DNA of 28,118 nucleotides from Pseudomonadota bacterium (GTDB lineage Bacteria; Bdellovibrionota; FAC87; UBA2466): NCBI GenBank assembly GCA_043767805.1, contig JAYUGC010000115.1, positions 1 to 28,118 of the forward strand, read 5' to 3'. Shown piece by piece: positions 23,924 to 28,118 of this stretch (position 1 is its first letter; each line of letters starts with the position of its first letter). The notes under the pieces were generated by a model. It saw only the letters and a program-made list of their open reading frames with translations, ran no database searches and was not told where the DNA came from. The position numbers and the translations under genes were made by a program.

Positions 23924-25128
23924 AGGAAGCCCTCGCCTCGATCGAGTCTTGTATCGAAGATCTCCGTCAGGGAAGGATGATCATCCTCGTGGACGACGAG
24001 GACCGGGAGAACGAGGGAGACCTCGTAGTCGCCGCCGATAAGATTACGCCGGAAGCGATTAACTTCATGGCGGTGCACGGCCGCGGTCTCATCTGTCTCG
24101 CCATGAAAGGCGAGGATCTCGACCGGCTGAAAATCCCGATGATGGTGGAATCAAACACCTCTCCGTTTAAGACGGCCTTCACCGTTTCGATCGAAGCGGC
24201 ATCCGGCGTCACGACCGGGATCTCGGCTGCCGACCGCGCGCACACCGTGCGCACGGCTTGCGATCCCTTGAGCGGCCCCGCCAACATCGTCATGCCGGGA
24301 CACATTTTTCCGTTACGTGCCAAAGAGGGCGGCGTTCTAGTGCGCGCCGGCCAAACCGAAGGCAGCGTGGATCTCGCCACTCTCGCGGGGCTTCGTCCCG
24401 CGGGCGTCATTTGCGAGATCATGAACGACAATGGAACCATGGCGCGCATGCCCGATCTCCGGGTGTTTGCCGAGCGCCACGGTCTTAAAGTCGCGACCAT
24501 CAAAGATCTCATCGCTTATCGCCTGCGCAACGAGTGTCTCGTGCGTGAAGTCGCCTCGGCGCGCCTTCCCATCGAGCCCCACGGCGATTTCCAGATCAAG
24601 GTTTTCGAGGACACGGTCAGCGGCGTGCAGCACGTAGCCCTCATCAAGGGCGAGCTTTCCCCGGAAGTTCCCGTTTTGGTGCGGGCGCATTCCGAGTGCC
24701 TCACCGGCGACATTTTTCAATCCTCGCGGTGCGATTGCGGATGGCAGCTCCAGGCTTCCATCGCGGCCATCGCTAAGGACGGCGGCGTCATTCTCTACAT
24801 GCGCAAACACGAAGGCCGCGGCATTGGACTTGCGAACAAGATCAAGGCGTACGCGCTTCAGGACACGGGTCTCGACACCGTGGAAGCCAACCACAAACTC
24901 GGACTCGCCGCTGACACGCGCGACTACGGCATCGGCTCTCAGATCTTGCGCTTCTTGGGCGTGCGCCGCATGAAGCTCATGACGAATAATCCGAAAAAGA
25001 TTTACGGGCTTGAAGGCTACGGTCTTGAGCTCACCGAGCGGGTCTCCATCGAAATGGAGCCGACCGACGATAACCGCGGGTATCTCCGCACCAAGCGCGA
25101 AAAACTCGGCCATCTCTTGAGTCTGTGA
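23920..25128 (+). CDS. ribBA: Bifunctional DHBP synthase / GTP cyclohydrolase II
   Basis: DDEDRENEGD, TTGISAADR, GHIFPL, HSECLTGD..RCDCG, EGRGIGL, MTNNP; ATGA coupling with GGAG RBS. Confidence 0.97.
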   Translation: MKEALASIESCIEDLRQGRMIILVDDEDRENEGDLVVAADKITPEAINFMAVHGRGLICLAMKGEDLDRLKIPMMVESNTSPFKTAFTVSIEAASGVTTGISAADRAHTVRTACDPLSGPANIVMPGHIFPLRAKEGGVLVRAGQTEGSVDLATLAGLRPAGVICEIMNDNGTMARMPDLRVFAERHGLKVATIKDLIAYRLRNECLVREVASARLPIEPHGDFQIKVFEDTVSGVQHVALIKGELSPEVPVLVRAHSECLTGDIFQSSRCDCGWQLQASIAAIAKDGGVILYMRKHEGRGIGLANKIKAYALQDTGLDTVEANHKLGLAADTRDYGIGSQILRFLGVRRMKLMTNNPKKIYGLEGYGLELTERVSIEMEPTDDNRGYLRTKREKLGHLLSL

Positions 25129-25604
25129 GGAATGTAGACGTGAACATCATCAACGAAAAAGACACGAATCTCACTTTCCCGGTCGCGGTGGTGGTGAGCC
25201 GCTTCAACGAAGAGATTACGCTTCCGCTCTTGGACGGAGCGCTCACGCGGCTAAAAGAGCGCCGGTTCGAGGACTCGCAGATTACCGTCGTCTGGGTACC
25301 GGGCGCGGTCGAGATTCCGCTCGCCGCGCAACGGCTCGCTCAATTAAGCAAGTTCGAGGCGATCGTCGCTCTCGGCGCGGTCATCCGCGGCGAGACCGGG
25401 CATTACGAATACGTCTGCGATCAGGTGAGCCAGGGCTGCCAGCACGTGTCCTTGCAAAACGACGTACCGGTTCTCTTCGGCGTTTTGACGACTGACAACG
25501 AAGCCCAAGCGCGCGATCGTTCGGGCGGCGCTCACGGCAACAAAGGCCGCGACGCCGTCGACGCCGCGGTGGAAACCGTCGCGCTCCTAAAAAGGCTTCG
25601 GTAG
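25125..25604 (+). CDS. ribH: 6,7-dimethyl-8-ribityllumazine synthase
   Basis: VSRFN, VPGAVEIP, LGAVIRGETGH, FGVLTT, GNKG; GTGA coupling. Confidence 0.97.
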   Translation: MRNVDVNIINEKDTNLTFPVAVVVSRFNEEITLPLLDGALTRLKERRFEDSQITVVWVPGAVEIPLAAQRLAQLSKFEAIVALGAVIRGETGHYEYVCDQVSQGCQHVSLQNDVPVLFGVLTTDNEAQARDRSGGAHGNKGRDAVDAAVETVALLKRLR

Positions 25605-25900
25605 CCGTGCTTAGCGATATACAGCTTCAGCGAATATAGCTGGGCCGCCGACTCAACAATCTTGGTATACGCCGTTTGAGTCCAGAACTTACCGGTCTTT
25701 TCTCCCTTCTTGGCTCCCGTATTCTCCGTTACCTGAGAAGAACCTCAATACCGCTGGAGCAAGATTTAAATATTTTTGTTTTGGGGGATCCGGACTGTCG
25801 CTCGAGTTGGCAATCTGCTCAGTATGGGCTGTTTTGCGGGGCTTCGAGTTTACTTAAACGTTTGCGACCCTTGCCCCGACGACCTTCCGTATACGCCGCC

Positions 25901-25916
25901 CGGCACCCGACTTGCA
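25901..25916 (+). promoter_or_regulatory. Putative sigma54 promoter
   Basis: CGGCACCCGACTTGCA = GG-N10-GC, about 30 nt before the ATG at 25948. Confidence 0.65.
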
Positions 25917-25947
25917 TTTATAGGTGCACCAATCACGTTGGAGTCCA

Positions 25948-26775
25948 ATGGTCCGTTTGAGGAAATGGCGCGCAGTGGGCGTATTCAGCCTGCTACTCTG
26001 GGCATCCGCCCTCATGGGCGCCGAGGTACGCGAATCGGATATCGATACGTCGGGCGATGCCTTCTTTCAAATCGATCAGCTCGCGGAAGTCGCCAAAGAC
26101 ATTCGCACCGCGAATCATCTGCGGACCCCGGTGCGCTTAAAGCCGCCGACGCGTCCCGCTGCAAACGATTCCATTTTCGTGGAAAGCTCGGCTCATCCGA
26201 AACCTATGCAGCCTCTCGCTCCGAGCCGGAAATTCGAGCCGCGCGTTCTCTCCAGTCAATCTGGCGTTCCCGCCGCTTCGCCGTGGGCGAAACCCGATCC
26301 GAAAAAGGAAGGGGTGGGCGGACTCGCGAAAGTTAAGTTCGGCGACCGAAAAGACGTTTCGCTTTCGACCATCGCGCAAAACAATCAAGCCGCCGCCGAC
26401 GCCATTGCGGAGGCGGCCTCGAGCTCGCCGGATTTTGTAAACCCCGGTCTCGAAGAGGAGATGGCTTCGCCCTCCGCGCGCCCATTCGAAGACAAGCTCG
26501 AGGATCTCTCGGAACGAGAGGCGCCTTTCAGTCTGAAAGACTACGTAGATTTTCGTGAGTTCTCTAAAGCCAACGAGGATCGGCTTTGGTCGCTTCCCAA
26601 CAAGGACAGCCGCTTTCACGAAAACTTAAGAGGCCTCTACCGTCAGTACGCCGACAAAGACGCCAATTCCGGCCAGAGCGCGGCCGTCCGCCGGCTCCTC
26701 GGTCTCGAGACCACGGACTCCGCTAAAAGCGGTACGACCAAAAAGCGTTTATTGCCGGGAGATCGAATTCACTGA
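25948..26775 (+). CDS. Secreted hypothetical protein with Pro/Ala/Ser-rich low-complexity middle
   Basis: GGAG RBS; signal peptide MVRLRKWRAVGVFSLLLWASALMGA; no recognisable domain. Confidence 0.7.
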   Translation: MVRLRKWRAVGVFSLLLWASALMGAEVRESDIDTSGDAFFQIDQLAEVAKDIRTANHLRTPVRLKPPTRPAANDSIFVESSAHPKPMQPLAPSRKFEPRVLSSQSGVPAASPWAKPDPKKEGVGGLAKVKFGDRKDVSLSTIAQNNQAAADAIAEAASSSPDFVNPGLEEEMASPSARPFEDKLEDLSEREAPFSLKDYVDFREFSKANEDRLWSLPNKDSRFHENLRGLYRQYADKDANSGQSAAVRRLLGLETTDSAKSGTTKKRLLPGDRIH

Positions 26776-27619
26776 GATAAGCCGTCGACGTCGTCGAGAC
26801 GTCTCGATCGAGCCAAAGCCGGCAATTCAGCCGCAGCTTCAATTCTCCCAGCGCCGAGTCCCAGGTGGCCGACGGGCCGACGGTCAGCACGGCATGTTCG
26901 GTCGGGACGACGCTGGGGCCGTCCTTTAATCGTTGCGCCCAGCTGAGAGCGGCGCCGAAGCGAAGCTTGTTCGAAGGAGTCGCAATGAGAACGCGCTCCG
27001 TTCCCGTATCGACGATGAGGTTGGACTCGTTGCCCGAGAAACCAAAGCGCACTTGGACGGAAAGAGCGAGACTCCACGGGAGAGCGGGTGTGTCGTGCAA
27101 GCCGGAATGAACGAGGAGGCCCCAGAAGTTAGTGTGCGAGGCCGGAAACCGCGTGTACTCCAAGGCGAGCCGCCCGTACTGATTGCGCGAAGAGAGAAAC
27201 TGCCGGCCGAGCTCCACCGATAGAGCCGTCGCTTCCCGTTGGTCGAGGCTGTGTCTCACTTTCCCCGCGTTCGAGAGATCGAGGAAAAGGCGCTGAGACC
27301 CCTTGAGACGCATTTGCACGGGGCCGATTTCCAGCGCTGCGCGGGCCGCGAGCGAAAGCGTGTCCTCGATCTGATCCAAGTCGGCTTCGATTGAGGAGCG
27401 TCCGATCGTAGTGGGAGGAGCGAGTCGGCCCAGTTGCTGAAAGAGCCAAAGGGTGCGTGGCGCCGCGCCTAACGCTTCAAAGGGAAAGCCCAGTATCCAC
27501 AGCACCGCGAGCGACGGGCCAAGCGCTCTTAGGATCCTCGAGCTGCCAACGGCGCAGCTTTTCCTGCAGAGTGGATTTGGCGATGCCCAAGTCCCGGGCT
27601 GTGCGTTTTCGGTTTCCAT
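26723..27619 (-). CDS. Hypothetical outer-membrane beta-barrel protein (start uncertain)
   Basis: Hydrophobic signal-like segment, alternating amphipathic strands, C-terminal WSYRF beta-signal; 5' end overlaps the upstream gene so the true start is probably later. Confidence 0.6.
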   Translation of the reverse strand: METENAQPGTWASPNPLCRKSCAVGSSRILRALGPSLAVLWILGFPFEALGAAPRTLWLFQQLGRLAPPTTIGRSSIEADLDQIEDTLSLAARAALEIGPVQMRLKGSQRLFLDLSNAGKVRHSLDQREATALSVELGRQFLSSRNQYGRLALEYTRFPASHTNFWGLLVHSGLHDTPALPWSLALSVQVRFGFSGNESNLIVDTGTERVLIATPSNKLRFGAALSWAQRLKDGPSVVPTEHAVLTVGPSATWDSALGELKLRLNCRLWLDRDVSTTSTAYLSEFDLPAINAFWSYRF

Positions 27620-28118
27620 GATTGCGCCTAAGGCGTTCCACGATAGCCTCTTTTTCTATTTCCGCCAAAGTCCCTCCGGAGCTTTCTTCGCTTCGGCGGA
27701 AGGAGGCCCGGGCCCGTTCCTTCAAGAGGACGGCGTCGAGTCCCTGGGCGGTCAGGGCGCCTCCGCCCAGGATGGAAGCCCGAATGAGAACGTTTCTAAG
27801 CTGACGCACGTTGCCGGGCCAGTCGAAGTCTCTGAGGCGCGGGGTGAGCGCTTCGTTCCAGGGGATTTGGGCGCGCTCGCAAAGGCTTTGGGCGAGCCCG
27901 CCCAGATCGTCCAATCTCTCGCGTAAAGCCGGAATCTGTAGGGTCAAAACGGAAAGCCGCTCCAGAAGATCCGCGCGAAAGCGGCCTTCACTCACCGCAT
28001 GGTCGAGATCCACGTTGGTGGCGGCGAGAATGCGCACCGACACTCGCTCCACTTGCGAGGAGCCGAGCGAGCGGACTTCGCCGCTATCCAGAAGCCGCAG
28101 AAGTTTCACCTGAAGGGC
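27477..28118 (-). CDS. Sigma54-dependent enhancer-binding protein (NtrC/Fis family), C-terminal part; 5' end outside the window
   Basis: LQVKLLRLL, VRILAATN, GRFRADL, WPGNVRQL, Fis HTH GNRKRTARDLGIAKSTL. Confidence 0.93.
   Translation of the reverse strand, partial: ALQVKLLRLLDSGEVRSLGSSQVERVSVRILAATNVDLDHAVSEGRFRADLLERLSVLTLQIPALRERLDDLGGLAQSLCERAQIPWNEALTPRLRDFDWPGNVRQLRNVLIRASILGGGALTAQGLDAVLLKERARASFRRSEESSGGTLAEIEKEAIVERLRRNHGNRKRTARDLGIAKSTLQEKLRRWQLEDPKSAWPVARGAVDTGLSL

Noticed and set aside
24337..25113. 258-aa minus-strand ORF
   Set aside because: Antisense shadow of ribBA
25676..26336. ORFs 25676-25960 and 25776-26336
   Set aside because: No RBS or domain; they overlap the sigma54 promoter and the signal-peptide gene starting at 25948
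1..28118. CRISPR arrays, IS elements, phage structural genes, second att site
   Set aside because: No regularly spaced repeats, transposase motifs, phage genes or duplicate of the tRNA 3' end detected by eye

Overview
Bacterial genomic window. The host is probably a Bdellovibrionota/Oligoflexia-like deltaproteobacterium; this is inferred from the many signal-peptide orphans and sigma28/sigma54 promoters, not proven. The left half (1-15770) is a glycan-modification island. It holds a minus-strand Gfo/Idh/MocA oxidoreductase, DegT aminotransferase and NDP-sugar epimerase operon, and a divergent six-gene operon (AHCY/2-hydroxyacid-dehydrogenase-like orphan, LbH acetyltransferase, beta-propeller hydrolase-like protein, GNAT, GtrB-like GT2, methyltransferase). 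It also holds a GT-C membrane protein, a secreted GH42-like hydrolase, a second GNAT, a frameshifted GT4 remnant and an integrase-like stub abutting the 3' end of a tRNA-Met(CAT). The right half holds the most striking feature: two convergent, tail-overlapping, signal-peptide-bearing paralogs with a Fic + ADP-ribosyltransferase (ART) architecture and reciprocally degenerate active sites. One has a dead Fic motif, an intact R-STS-QxE ART triad and a sigma28-like promoter. The other has an intact Fic motif, an eroded ART domain and a sigma54-like promoter. These are followed by a secreted PsbP/DcrB-like protein, a GT4, a complete ribD-ribE-ribBA-ribH operon, two exported orphans and the 3' part of a sigma54 enhancer-binding protein. 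No CRISPR array, rRNA or intact transposase was seen.
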